Source: Nitrospinaceae bacterium
Lineage (GTDB): Bacteria; Nitrospinota_A; UBA7883; JAJDBK01
DNA: 64,000 bases
Direction of reading: 5' to 3'
NCBI GenBank assembly: GCA_029261405.1
Contig: JAJDBK010000057.1
Span: 1,906-65,905 of the forward strand
In this document: one piece after another, positions 18,443 to 28,170 of the stretch
How the letters are laid out: every line of letters begins with the position of its first letter
Numbering within the stretch: position 1 is the stretch's first letter
Program-made: the position numbers and the translations under genes
The notes under the pieces: generated by a model
Databases searched by the model: none
What the model was told of the DNA's origin: nothing
The model's input: only the letters and a program-made list of their open reading frames with translations

Positions 18443-21306
18443 TTTCCGTCAGCCTTATACGAAACAACGTTCGGGCGCTCCATCACCTGTTTCGGCGGTT
18501 TGAGTGGTTTAAACTGCGGCAATGAACCGGCTTTATCCGCTTTGTAGATTTTTACCCGCAGGTCAAACCATCCGGCTTGCCCTGTTATCGGATCGGAGTT
18601 TGATATCCGCTCTTCCATATTGTCCGGGTTGCCTATCTCTTCACTTATCAGGTGGTTGAGCAGAAATCCTTTCTGTACCTCGTCCACTTTCGGATCAAGG
18701 TTCCACGCGCCAGCCATCTTGCCAATGCCGTTCCAGGTCCATACCGTGTCGGGCTGGACTGCGTTGGAGAGTTTTATCTGGACCCTGATTTTCTTGTCGT
18801 GAGCCGATTCGACCCAGACCCAATCCATATCGACAAGCCCCAGTTCTTTAGCCTTGATCGGGTTTATATAGAGAAAATTCTGGCCGATTATCTGCCGTAA
18901 CCATGCGTTTTGCGAGTCCCACGAATGATACATCGGCATAGGTCTCTGGGTAATGGCGTGGATCGGGTACTCTTCGGTGTCGATAGACTTGTCTTCCAGC
19001 GGTTTGTACCAGAAGGGTAACGGATCGAAATAACGGCTGACTCTCTTGCGTTGCGCGTCAGTGGCCGGTTGACGACCGGGCCTTTGACCCTTGGCGGCCA
19101 GACGAAACCTTTGCAGAACCTCCGAGTAGACCTTCATGATAATCGGCTCGTTGTAACGGATCAGCTTATGGTCGAGCGCCCAGTTGAGGTATCCCCGGTT
19201 GATGTTCCTGTTCCACTGCAACGCCTCTTCTAACTCAAACTGGAAAAAACAGTCGTTCTTGATATACATATCCCACTGTTTTTCGTTCGGCTCGCCTACG
19301 ATATGATCGGTTCCATCACCTCTCCAGCCAGCCAGGAAGCCTACAGGAGTATCGGGCGCAACGGTCCAATTGGTTATCATGTCCTTATACCCGCTAAACT
19401 TCGGATTCCCTTTGTCGTCGCAAAAACCTTGCAATTTCAGCCTGTTGGCAAGTTTAATCAACGTCTCCTGAAAAGGTTCGCACCCTTCCGGTGGATCGAT
19501 AATCGGTTGCCTTATAGCGTCCACCACGCTGTTGTAATCGGAGATTGGCCGGTCGAGCAGGCTGATTACATCGTATCTTTCGAGATATGTAGTGTCGGGA
19601 AGTACCAGATCCGCATACGCCACCTGCTCGGAAAAGAAAGCGTCCGAGACAATGATGAACGGTATCTTATACTCACCATTAAAATCCTTGGCTCCGAGCA
19701 TGTCGATGGTTTTGCTTGTATTCATCGACGAGTTCCACGCCATGTTGGCCATAAAAAGGATCAGCGTGTCGATTTTGTACGGATCACCCTTATATGCGTT
19801 GGTAATGACATTTTGCAACATGCCGTGAGCCGTCAATGGGAAATCCCACGAAAACGCCTTGTCGATTCTGACCGGCGAGCCATCCGGGTATACCATCAGG
19901 TTTTCAGGTTTTGTGGGGAAACCGAGTTCAGGGTTTGGCAACGGTGTGTTCGGTTTTATAAGGTCGGGGTCGTCAATCGGTTTAGGACAGGGGGGAATCG
20001 GTTTCGGAAAGGGTGGTTTATGCCGGAACCCGCCCGGTCTGTCGATAATTCCAAGAATCATCATCAGCGAAGAGAGGGCGCGAACGGCCTGGAAACCGTT
20101 GGAGTGGGCGGCCAATCCCCTCATGGCATGGACCGAAACCGGGTTTCCGGTCACGGTTTTGTGCTGTTTACCCCATGCGTCGGTCCATTCTATAGGGAGG
20201 GTGACACTTTCGTCCCTTGCCGTCACACCCAACTCAAAAGCGAGTCTTTCTATAGTCTCTTTCGGGATAGTGGTGATTTTGGAAACCTTATCGATGTTGT
20301 ATTCGGCCAGAACGCGCTCTTTTAATAACTGGAACGATGGTTTTACATGTTTGCCATCCGGCGTTTTATACGAGCCTGTCAGAGCCGGTTTCACACCCTT
20401 GGCCCCGAACGGTTTTACGCTTTGCGTAACCTCGTCCCATACGAAGTTACCGCCCAGATCGTCATCCTTCACCCCGTCTTCCCGCCAGAAAAGACCTTCA
20501 TCCTCTCCGCCCTGATCGGTAACCACCAGTTGTGCGGAGTTTGTGCGGGTCAGCAGGAACTCGTCGTCGTAAAGACCGTTTTTTATCAATACGTTGAGTA
20601 TTCCCATGATGAATGCGCCATCGGTTCCCGGTTTGATCGGGACCCACTCGTCCGCCACGGCGCCGTAACCCGACCTGACCGGGTTTATCACTACGACCTT
20701 GGCGCCCCGCTCCTTGAGTTTACCCAAGCCTATCTTGAATGGGTTGGAGTCGTGATCCTCCGCAACACCAAATAAAATCAGGTATTTAGTCCGGTCCCAA
20801 TCGGGGCCACCAAACTCCCAACCAGTCCCGCCGACCGAATAGATCATGCCGGTTGCCATGTTCACAGAGCAGAAACCTCCGTGCGCCGCGAAGTTGGGGG
20901 TTCCGAACTGCTTGGCCCAATAAGATGTGAGCGCCTGCATCTGGTCGCGCCCGGTGAAAAACGCCAGTTTTTTCGGATCTTCGTTTCGGATCTTTTTCAG
21001 ACGTTCGGTCATGATGTCGTAGGCGCGTTCCCACGATATCTCCTCGAACTGGCTATCTCCCCGGTCGGTCCCTTTTTTTCGAAGGAGCGGTTTGGTCAGT
21101 CGGGCGGGGCTTGCCTGTTTCATGATTCCGGCGGAGCCTTTGGCGCAAAGGACACCACGATTAGTCGGGTGAGCCGGGTTCCCTTCTATATAACGTATCT
21201 TTCCGTTTCTGAGGGTAACCCTGATGCCGCATCGGCAGGCGCACATATAACAGGTGGAGTATTTTACCTCCTCGACATCATCCGCTGTATCTTTTTCAGT
21301 TGTCAC
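18439..21306 (-). CDS. Molybdopterin (bis-MGD) oxidoreductase catalytic subunit, Psr/Phs/Ttr-like (polysulfide/thiosulfate/tetrathionate reductase family); GTG start, no twin-arginine signal
   Basis: 955 aa. N-terminal FeS-binding Cys cluster CYMCACRCG, with MopB-family molybdopterin-binding domains throughout. Forms an operon with the FeS and anchor subunits. Confidence 0.75.
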   Translation of the reverse strand: MTTEKDTADDVEEVKYSTCYMCACRCGIRVTLRNGKIRYIEGNPAHPTNRGVLCAKGSAGIMKQASPARLTKPLLRKKGTDRGDSQFEEISWERAYDIMTERLKKIRNEDPKKLAFFTGRDQMQALTSYWAKQFGTPNFAAHGGFCSVNMATGMIYSVGGTGWEFGGPDWDRTKYLILFGVAEDHDSNPFKIGLGKLKERGAKVVVINPVRSGYGAVADEWVPIKPGTDGAFIMGILNVLIKNGLYDDEFLLTRTNSAQLVVTDQGGEDEGLFWREDGVKDDDLGGNFVWDEVTQSVKPFGAKGVKPALTGSYKTPDGKHVKPSFQLLKERVLAEYNIDKVSKITTIPKETIERLAFELGVTARDESVTLPIEWTDAWGKQHKTVTGNPVSVHAMRGLAAHSNGFQAVRALSSLMMILGIIDRPGGFRHKPPFPKPIPPCPKPIDDPDLIKPNTPLPNPELGFPTKPENLMVYPDGSPVRIDKAFSWDFPLTAHGMLQNVITNAYKGDPYKIDTLILFMANMAWNSSMNTSKTIDMLGAKDFNGEYKIPFIIVSDAFFSEQVAYADLVLPDTTYLERYDVISLLDRPISDYNSVVDAIRQPIIDPPEGCEPFQETLIKLANRLKLQGFCDDKGNPKFSGYKDMITNWTVAPDTPVGFLAGWRGDGTDHIVGEPNEKQWDMYIKNDCFFQFELEEALQWNRNINRGYLNWALDHKLIRYNEPIIMKVYSEVLQRFRLAAKGQRPGRQPATDAQRKRVSRYFDPLPFWYKPLEDKSIDTEEYPIHAITQRPMPMYHSWDSQNAWLRQIIGQNFLYINPIKAKELGLVDMDWVWVESAHDKKIRVQIKLSNAVQPDTVWTWNGIGKMAGAWNLDPKVDEVQKGFLLNHLISEEIGNPDNMEERISNSDPITGQAGWFDLRVKIYKADKAGSLPQFKPLKPPKQVMERPNVVSYKADGK

Positions 21307-21483
21307 TTTTCACACCGGGGGGGGGAGGTCAACATTGCCTGCAACCTGAGCATAGATTATTATTTATGCTAATGTTAGAGGTGAAATTGGTAAATTTCCA
21401 ATAGTTTTTTTTTATATACTCATAATCGGTCGGGTTTAAAGAACCTGCGAGATTCTGGGGAAAAAGGTGAAAAAGGATCATTT

Positions 21484-21516
21484 TTCTCTAATGCTCCTTT
21501 CTCCTGATACCGATAA
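21484..21516 (+). promoter_or_regulatory. Possible sigma-28 (FliA)-type promoter upstream of flgM (-10-like CCGATAA at 21510-21516; weak -35 CTAA)
   Basis: GCCGATAA-like -10 about 170 nt upstream of the flgM start. The -35 match is poor. Confidence 0.2.
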
Positions 21517-21686
21517 AGAACCAACAAGCGGATAGAATAAGAAAAAAAGAGATTCTTTTCCGGTTTCCCTAAAGTCTGGAGAGGGAAATGCCGATAGGAT
21601 TAGCAAGGAGTGGCTTGGAGCCCGCCCGGAATGTATAATCCGGGTTGACGTTACCACATTTGCATGGTGAAAGGAGGCGATATCAG

Positions 21687-22004
21687 ATGATTAAGGTTAC
21701 GGGATCGGATCACAACCTGAATCAGAACAAGGTTGATGAATCCAGGCGACGTGATAGCGCCGTAACAAAGAACACGGCGAAAGCGGCCACCAACCCGACT
21801 GCCGCAAAAACAGCGGAGACTGTTGCAGTATCGGGAATGGCGCGCGAAGTTGGCAAAGTAAGCGCCCAGGTAAAGAACGTACCTGATGTCAGGCGTGAGA
21901 AAGTTCAGGCTATCAAGGAGAAGATCGACAGCGGAAAGTATTTCGTATCGAGCAACGACATAGCCGGCAAGATGATCGAGGATATCGTGCGGCAGGGCAA
22001 ATAA
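21687..22004 (+). CDS. flgM: Anti-sigma-28 factor FlgM
   Basis: C-terminal VRREKVQAIKEKIDSGKYFVSSNDIAGKMIEDI matches the FlgM domain. The start at 21687 is preferred because it is preceded by GGAGG. Confidence 0.6.
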   Translation: MIKVTGSDHNLNQNKVDESRRRDSAVTKNTAKAATNPTAAKTAETVAVSGMAREVGKVSAQVKNVPDVRREKVQAIKEKIDSGKYFVSSNDIAGKMIEDIVRQGK

Positions 22005-22059
22005 TTGTTTAGATTACAATTTTGCCGCCGCACGAGGTTTTCTTGCCCCAAGAACAGGT

Positions 22060-23331
22060 TTAGTTCAGACTTTCAGCGATAATTCGCTCGTTCTCGTCCG
22101 AGATCGGCCCCACCGCCAATAACGAGCATCCTTTTCCCGCAATTTCAAGTTCTTCCGATAAATCCTTCACGCTCTTGACCGTTACCGCTTTTATCTCGTC
22201 CAGACTCTCCTGGAGAGACATAATCGCGCCGAAATAGATTTTTTGCTCCGCCAGATCGTACATTCTCGATGCGGGTGACTCGTGCGACATGATTATATTG
22301 TCGGTCTCCATAGTGATTGCCCGCTTGATCTCTTCAGGTGTGGGTCCGATGGAGCGGATAATGGCCATCTCTTTTCTAATGGTCTTTATCATAGGTATCA
22401 GCTTCTCCTTTGAGCAGGCTGAATAGATGGAGAAAAAACCAGCGCTCCGGTACTGTTCGTAAAAGGAGGAGATCATATAAGCCAGTCCCATCTCCTCACG
22501 AATCCGTTGGAATAGCCTTGAAGAGACACTGGAGCCTAAGATGTTATCTAGAATCGCAATCTCACCTCGCCTTGAGTCAGCTATGGGAGGGGCGGGTCCG
22601 GCCAGAAGAAGATGGACCTGCTCCAAATCTTTGCGGAAGATTTTAACAGACTGTTTATATTCCGGTTTTCCGGGTGAATCGGTAACAGGCTTTTGTGACA
22701 GGTTTCCGAAACAACGTTCAACAGCCTTTACGAGCCTGTTTGTGTCGATACCGCCACATGCTGTGATTATTATTCCGGGTGGTTTATAAAAACGTTCGCG
22801 GGCTGAGATAAGGTCGTCCCATCCGATATTCTCAACTGTCTCTTTTGTGCCTGTAATGCTGTTTCCGAGGGGATGACCGGCCCATATGGCCTCATACGTC
22901 TGGTCCTGAATGAATTCTGAAGGGTTGTCCTGACTCATCCTGATCTCTTCGAGGATTACACTCCTCTCCCGCTCCATCTCGTTTTCGGGGAATGTGGAGT
23001 TCAACACAATATCAGCCACGAGGTCGAAGGCTGTGCCAAACCTTTCCGAAACCACATGGCCGGAGTAACAGGTCGCCTCACGGCTGGTAAAAGCGTTAAT
23101 GTGGCCCCCCAACTGGTCAATGGCGACTGCGACTTCACGTTGCCCCATCCGGTCGGTCCCTTTGAAGGCCATATGCTCAATGAAATGGAAGAGTCCAGAC
23201 TTCTCTTTTTCTTCGTTGACGGAACCTGCGGTGAACCAGATCCCGAAAGAGACCGATTGGAAAAAGGGGATCGTCTCACAGATCACGGATATACCGTTGA
23301 CCTGTTCGGCCCTTACGACTCTGTCTGTCAT
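22060..23331 (-). CDS. M16-family zinc metallopeptidase (pitrilysin/insulinase-like)
   Basis: 423 aa with the inverted zinc-binding HxxEH motif (HFIEHMAFKG) and downstream Glu. Confidence 0.8.
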   Translation of the reverse strand: MTDRVVRAEQVNGISVICETIPFFQSVSFGIWFTAGSVNEEKEKSGLFHFIEHMAFKGTDRMGQREVAVAIDQLGGHINAFTSREATCYSGHVVSERFGTAFDLVADIVLNSTFPENEMERERSVILEEIRMSQDNPSEFIQDQTYEAIWAGHPLGNSITGTKETVENIGWDDLISARERFYKPPGIIITACGGIDTNRLVKAVERCFGNLSQKPVTDSPGKPEYKQSVKIFRKDLEQVHLLLAGPAPPIADSRRGEIAILDNILGSSVSSRLFQRIREEMGLAYMISSFYEQYRSAGFFSIYSACSKEKLIPMIKTIRKEMAIIRSIGPTPEEIKRAITMETDNIIMSHESPASRMYDLAEQKIYFGAIMSLQESLDEIKAVTVKSVKDLSEELEIAGKGCSLLAVGPISDENERIIAESLN

Positions 23332-23384
23332 TCCGGATTATTCACGTTGAAGAATAACCCGGAACAGATCAGATTCACTATTTG

Positions 23385-25652
23385 TTAACGTCTGCGGTGG
23401 TCTCTGTCTCCACCACCCGGGCCACGCCCACCGCCGGGGCGTCCTCCACCAGGGCGTCCTCCACCGGGGCCACCGGGACGTCCGCCGCCGCGCGGCCTGC
23501 CGCCATCTTCACTACCTGGACGAGGAGCGCCCTCACCACCTTCGGGCGGCTGTCTTCTCGAAGAGCCACCCTCCTGGGCTTCCTTTCGAGAGAGTCTGAT
23601 CTTGCCCTGCGGGTCTATCGATAGGACTTTAACCAGAACCTCGTCGCCCAGAGCCAGTTCGTCTTCTACCTTGTTGACCCTGTAATCGGCCAGTTCACTG
23701 ATATGGCACAGGCCGTCGGTTCCGGGGAAAATTTCCAGGAATGCGCCAAAATCGACGATCCTGCGGACTGTACCGACATAGATCTTGCCCGGTTCAGCCT
23801 CCTGGACAATGGCGTTGATTATGTTGAGCGCCTCCTCCATCTTGGCGCGGTCAGACGAGAAGACGCGTACCACACCCTCGTCGTTAACATCGACCTGACA
23901 ACCGGTCTCGGCAACTATGCCTTTGATCACTTTTCCGCCGGGTCCGATGAGAGCTCCGATCTTCTCCGAGTTTATCTTGATGGTCTCAATTCTGGGAGCG
24001 TGTTCTGAAAGGTCGGTACGATGGGATTCGAGAGCTGTGGCCATGGTGTCCAGAATGCTCAGACGTCCCTCTTTAGCCTGGGTAAGCGCGGCGCTGAGAA
24101 GTTCGACCTTCAGCCCGCCTTTAAGTTTGATGTCCATCTGGACAGCTGTAATGCCATCTTTTGTGCCAGCAACCTTAAAATCCATATCGCCCAGCGCGTC
24201 TTCCAACCCCAGAATGTCGGTAAGGATAGCGACCCTGTCACCATCCTGAACCATTCCCATGGCGACTCCGGCGACAGCCGATTTTATCGGCACACCCGCA
24301 TCCATAAGGGAGAGGGAGCCGCCGCATACGGAAGCCATCGACGAAGAGCCGTTCGACTCAAGGATCTCTGACACAATACGAATTGTGTAGGGGAAATCTT
24401 CATTTTTCGGAAGTACAGGCTCTAACGCCCGCTCCGCCAATGCGCCATGACCAATCTCCCTCCGGCTAACGCCCATCATGCGCTTGACTTCACCGACACA
24501 GAAGGGGGGGAAGTTGTAGTGCAACATGAATTGCCTGTTCACTCTTCCTTCGAGCTTGTCCTGAATCAGCTCATCCTTGCTGGCGCCCAGAGTGGTGGTG
24601 ACCAGAGCCTGAGTCTCGCCCCGTGTAAAGAGCGACGAACCGTGAGTCCGGGGAAGAGCGTCTACCGCTATGGTGATATCCCTGATTTCGTTGGTTTTTC
24701 TCCCGTCGGCCCTGATCCCTTCGCTTAAGATCATCTCCCGGATAACCTTTTTCTGGGCTGTACCGTAAGCCTCTTTTAAAACCGATTTCCTCGAATCGTC
24801 GTCATCATCTCCGAGCAGTCCGGCGATGATCTCATCCCTGCAAGCTTTCTGGGCGGCTGAACGCTCAAATTTGCCTGTGGTGAGGGAAGCTGTGCGAATG
24901 GCGTCTTTACCCTTTTCGAGGATTGTGGCGACATCGGCGCCGTGGTCTGCAACCGGAACCGCCATTTTCGGTTTTCCCACCTTGTCGGCAAGCTCCCGTT
25001 GCATGGCGCATATCTTCTTTACATATTCATGTCCGAATTCCAGAGCGGCGACCAGATCCTCTTCCGATATTTCGTTTCCGCCACCCTCCACCATGGTCAG
25101 AGACTCTTCAGTTCCGGCCAGGATCAGCATGAGATCAGACTCTTCAATCTGCTCCAACGTCGGGAAGACCACGAATTCGCCATCGACTCTTCCGACCTTC
25201 ACACCGCCTATGGCTTTGGTAAACGGAATTTGTGAGATCAGAAGTGAGGCGGAAGCGCCGTTCAAGGCCAGGATCTCGGTCTCGTTCTCGTAGTCGAAAG
25301 AGAGCGGATTGACTATGATCTGCGTCTCGTGGGCGTATCCCTCCGCAAACATCGGCCTGAGGGATCTGTCGATAAGCCGGGAGAGGAGAGTCTCACGATC
25401 AGAAGGACGGGCCTCCCGTTTTAAGAAGCCGCCCGGTATTCTTCCTGCGGAGGCTGTTTTGTCACGGTAATCTATGGTCAGGGGAAGAAAGTCGGCGCCT
25501 TCTCTCGGTTTGTCGTCACATGCCGCCGTAGCCAGCACCATCGACTCCTCAAGGCCAACAACAGTGGCTCCAGCGGCCTGACGCGCCAACACGCCTGTTT
25601 CTATAAAGAAGGTTTTTTCACCTATTGCTAATTCAACTCGTTCTGGTTGCAT
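23385..25652 (-). CDS. pnp: Polyribonucleotide nucleotidyltransferase (PNPase) with about 55-aa Arg/Gly-rich C-terminal extension
   Basis: 755 aa. Two RNase PH domains, KH ([11 protein letters not shown]) and S1 domains. The tail is [39 protein letters not shown]. Confidence 0.9.
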   Translation of the reverse strand: MQPERVELAIGEKTFFIETGVLARQAAGATVVGLEESMVLATAACDDKPREGADFLPLTIDYRDKTASAGRIPGGFLKREARPSDRETLLSRLIDRSLRPMFAEGYAHETQIIVNPLSFDYENETEILALNGASASLLISQIPFTKAIGGVKVGRVDGEFVVFPTLEQIEESDLMLILAGTEESLTMVEGGGNEISEEDLVAALEFGHEYVKKICAMQRELADKVGKPKMAVPVADHGADVATILEKGKDAIRTASLTTGKFERSAAQKACRDEIIAGLLGDDDDDSRKSVLKEAYGTAQKKVIREMILSEGIRADGRKTNEIRDITIAVDALPRTHGSSLFTRGETQALVTTTLGASKDELIQDKLEGRVNRQFMLHYNFPPFCVGEVKRMMGVSRREIGHGALAERALEPVLPKNEDFPYTIRIVSEILESNGSSSMASVCGGSLSLMDAGVPIKSAVAGVAMGMVQDGDRVAILTDILGLEDALGDMDFKVAGTKDGITAVQMDIKLKGGLKVELLSAALTQAKEGRLSILDTMATALESHRTDLSEHAPRIETIKINSEKIGALIGPGGKVIKGIVAETGCQVDVNDEGVVRVFSSDRAKMEEALNIINAIVQEAEPGKIYVGTVRRIVDFGAFLEIFPGTDGLCHISELADYRVNKVEDELALGDEVLVKVLSIDPQGKIRLSRKEAQEGGSSRRQPPEGGEGAPRPGSEDGGRPRGGGRPGGPGGGRPGGGRPGGGRGPGGGDRDHRRR

Positions 25653-25741
25653 CGAAGATTCCCTTAATATTTGGATGGCGCTCCGGCCTTGGTTGGCCGT
25701 GAGTCGGGTAGAGCGTGATGGTCGAAGACCCCGGGCACAGG

Positions 25742-26010
25742 TTAACGCCTGATGCCGAGGGCCTCGATGATGGTTTTATAACGACCAAACTCCTTGCCAC
25801 GAACGAAGTCGAGGAGGCGGCGGCGTCTGCTGACAAGTTTTAACAGGCCGCGCCGGGAGTGATAATCTTTTTTATGTGATTTGAAGTGTTCTGTAAGCTG
25901 TGTGATCCGCTCGGTCAACAGGGCAATCTGCACTTCTGGCGAACCTGTGTCGCTTTCAGTGTTCCTGTTTTTCTCGATGATTTCCGTTTTTCGCTCTTTA
26001 ACGAGAGCCA
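25742..26010 (-). CDS. rpsO: 30S ribosomal protein S15
   Basis: [12 protein letters not shown]...[12 protein letters not shown]...LGIRR is canonical S15. Start at the internal Met, preceded by GGTGG. Located immediately upstream of pnp, as is typical. Confidence 0.9.
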
Positions 26011-26446
26011 TGTTTTTCCACCTTCTATCGTCGGAACCTGTCAAAGGTCCGCTTTATATATATCGGACTGCCCCTTCAAAAGGACTCAGCCCCGCAAGAA
26101 GCCCTATGCCCCTTACCCAACTTTTCTGTTTTCCATTCGGAAGATGAGATTTTTACCAGATTCTAAAGATAATTGCAAAGGTTTTCGACTAATGCGCGTT
26201 CATGAAGACTCCGGTTTCATCCTCTCCCCTGCGAAAATGGTCACGTCATGATCCACAGTGTGGGTGATGAACCAGATCTTCACGAACTCGATTATCTCTT
26301 CCAGGGAAATGGCGCCGACTATAGCGCGCTGGATCTTGTGGTTCAGTTCCAGTTTCAGGGCGGGATGGGGCTTCTTGCTCTTCAAGCCCGATCAACCCGG
26401 TCTTGTGGATGATGTTCTCCTCCGACAATCAGACCTTCACACTATT

Positions 26447-27253
26447 CTACTCTCTCGGGTCGATTATATCCCTTAATCCATCGCCCAGGAAGTTAACTCC
26501 CAAAACCGCCACCATAATGGCTAGACCGGGAAAGGTGGTCATGTGTGGCGCTATCAGCAAAAACTGCCGACCCTCGGCCAGCATTGCGCCCCAACTCGGT
26601 GTGGGTGGTTGCACTCCCAGCCCCAGAAAACTGAGACCAGCTTCGGCTATGATTGCCGACGCAACCCCGAAGGTCGCCTCCACTGTGACAGGCGCCACTA
26701 CATTCGGAAGAATATGAAAAACCACGATTCTCAGATCACTCGCGCCAAGACTCCGGGCCGCCAGAACAAACTCCCGTTCCCGTAGCGATAAGACCTGCCC
26801 ACGCACAAGGCGGGCGAAACCGGTCCAACCCATAATAGACAGGGCGATAATCACGTTATTAAGGCTCGGCCCCAGAATCGCCATCACCGCAATTGCCAGC
26901 AGGATGCCGGGAAAAGCCAGAAATATGTCGGTAACCCGCATCACCACCTCGTCAACCTTGCCACCCGCATACCCGGCAAAAGCCCCGATAAACGTTCCAA
27001 CAACAACCGACACCGTCACAGTGACGAACCCGACGGTGAGCGAGACCCGTGCGCCGTGGATTATTCGGCTAAGGATGTCCCGCCCCAGCCGATCCCGGCC
27101 CATGATATGTTCCGTACCCGGATCTTCGAGTCCGGCGTACAACTCCTGCTCCAGAGGTGAATAGGGCGAAACCAGAGGCGCCAACATTGCCGTGAAGATA
27201 AATAGCAGAGTCACTACGACGCCAAAGATAAAAGTTGTCGGCAATCGGCTCAT
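26447..27253 (-). CDS. ABC transporter permease, OppC/DppC type
   Basis: 268 aa, 6 TM, with the EAA-like loop of peptide/nickel ABC permeases. Confidence 0.8.
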   Translation of the reverse strand: MSRLPTTFIFGVVVTLLFIFTAMLAPLVSPYSPLEQELYAGLEDPGTEHIMGRDRLGRDILSRIIHGARVSLTVGFVTVTVSVVVGTFIGAFAGYAGGKVDEVVMRVTDIFLAFPGILLAIAVMAILGPSLNNVIIALSIMGWTGFARLVRGQVLSLREREFVLAARSLGASDLRIVVFHILPNVVAPVTVEATFGVASAIIAEAGLSFLGLGVQPPTPSWGAMLAEGRQFLLIAPHMTTFPGLAIMVAVLGVNFLGDGLRDIIDPRE

Positions 27254-28170
27254 CGCAGTCTCACTCTCGGATCGACAAACGAATAGAGGATATCAACAAC
27301 GATATTGACAAAAGTGTACGACAACGCGATGGCAAGAACACACCCTTGCACAAGTGGATAGTCCCGGGCGTTTATCGCCTGAATAGTCAGCCGCCCAATA
27401 CCGGGCCACGAAAAAATCGTCTCAGTGATAATAGCGCCGGCGAGGAGGGCGCCGAGTTGTAATCCGGCCACAGTCACTACAGGCAGAAGGGCGTTTCTCA
27501 ATGCGTGTTTGAACAGGACGACGTAATTTTCCAGCCCTTTGGCGCGGGCTGTGGTTATGTAATCTTCACCGAGCGTATCAATCATGGTCGCTCTCGTCAG
27601 TCGTGACAAAATAGCGGCCATGGCCGTACCCAGCGTTATAGCGGGCAATACCAGACTCTCAACACCTCCCCGGCCCGATACCGGAAACCATTTCAGGTCG
27701 ATGGCGAAAAAGATTATCAGAAGGGGGCCGATCCAGAAACTCGGCATGGAGACCCCGATCAACGAAAGGGCCATACCTACACGATCAACTACAGTATCCT
27801 TTCTCGCCGCCGCCATTACGCCGAGGGGAATAGCGAGCAGGATGGCAAGAGCCATCGACGCCAAGGCCAGCTCCACTGTCGCCCCGTACCGTGTACTTAT
27901 CGATTCCGCCACTGAACGGCCTGTGTATATAGAATTCCCCAGATCAAACGAGACCACGTTCAGAAGAAATTTTGCGTACTGCTCCAGGACAGGCTTATCA
28001 AGCCCCAACTCACTGCGCAAAGACTCCATGTCGGCAATGGTCGCCGACTCGCCCAGCATGATCGCCACCGGATCACCCGGTGTCATGTGGATAATCAGGA
28101 ACACCATGGTCACCACGCCCCACGCCACAGGAACAGCCAGCAGAAGTCTCCGGGTTATGTATGCTTTCAT
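27250..28170 (-). CDS. ABC transporter permease, OppB/DppB type
   Basis: 306 aa with N-terminal MKAYITRRLL typical of OppB/DppB. Overlaps the neighbouring genes by 4 nt. Confidence 0.8.
   Translation of the reverse strand: MKAYITRRLLLAVPVAWGVVTMVFLIIHMTPGDPVAIMLGESATIADMESLRSELGLDKPVLEQYAKFLLNVVSFDLGNSIYTGRSVAESISTRYGATVELALASMALAILLAIPLGVMAAARKDTVVDRVGMALSLIGVSMPSFWIGPLLIIFFAIDLKWFPVSGRGGVESLVLPAITLGTAMAAILSRLTRATMIDTLGEDYITTARAKGLENYVVLFKHALRNALLPVVTVAGLQLGALLAGAIITETIFSWPGIGRLTIQAINARDYPLVQGCVLAIALSYTFVNIVVDILYSFVDPRVRLR

Noticed and set aside
19303-20325. 340-aa + strand ORF (and neighbouring 218-aa and 142-aa ORFs) inside the molybdopterin subunit gene
   Set aside because: Antisense to a 955-aa gene with clear MopB motifs. 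Low-complexity Arg/Gly-rich translation.
21307-21644. Possible Moco riboswitch or other leader element upstream of the molybdoenzyme operon
   Set aside because: I could not recognise the conserved Moco-riboswitch motifs by eye. It would need an Rfam scan.
26200-26428. Two overlapping 60-61-aa ORFs with hemerythrin-like motifs
   Set aside because: Together they are too short for a functional hemerythrin and lie in different frames. Probably a decayed gene remnant; mentioned in findings but not called as a CDS.
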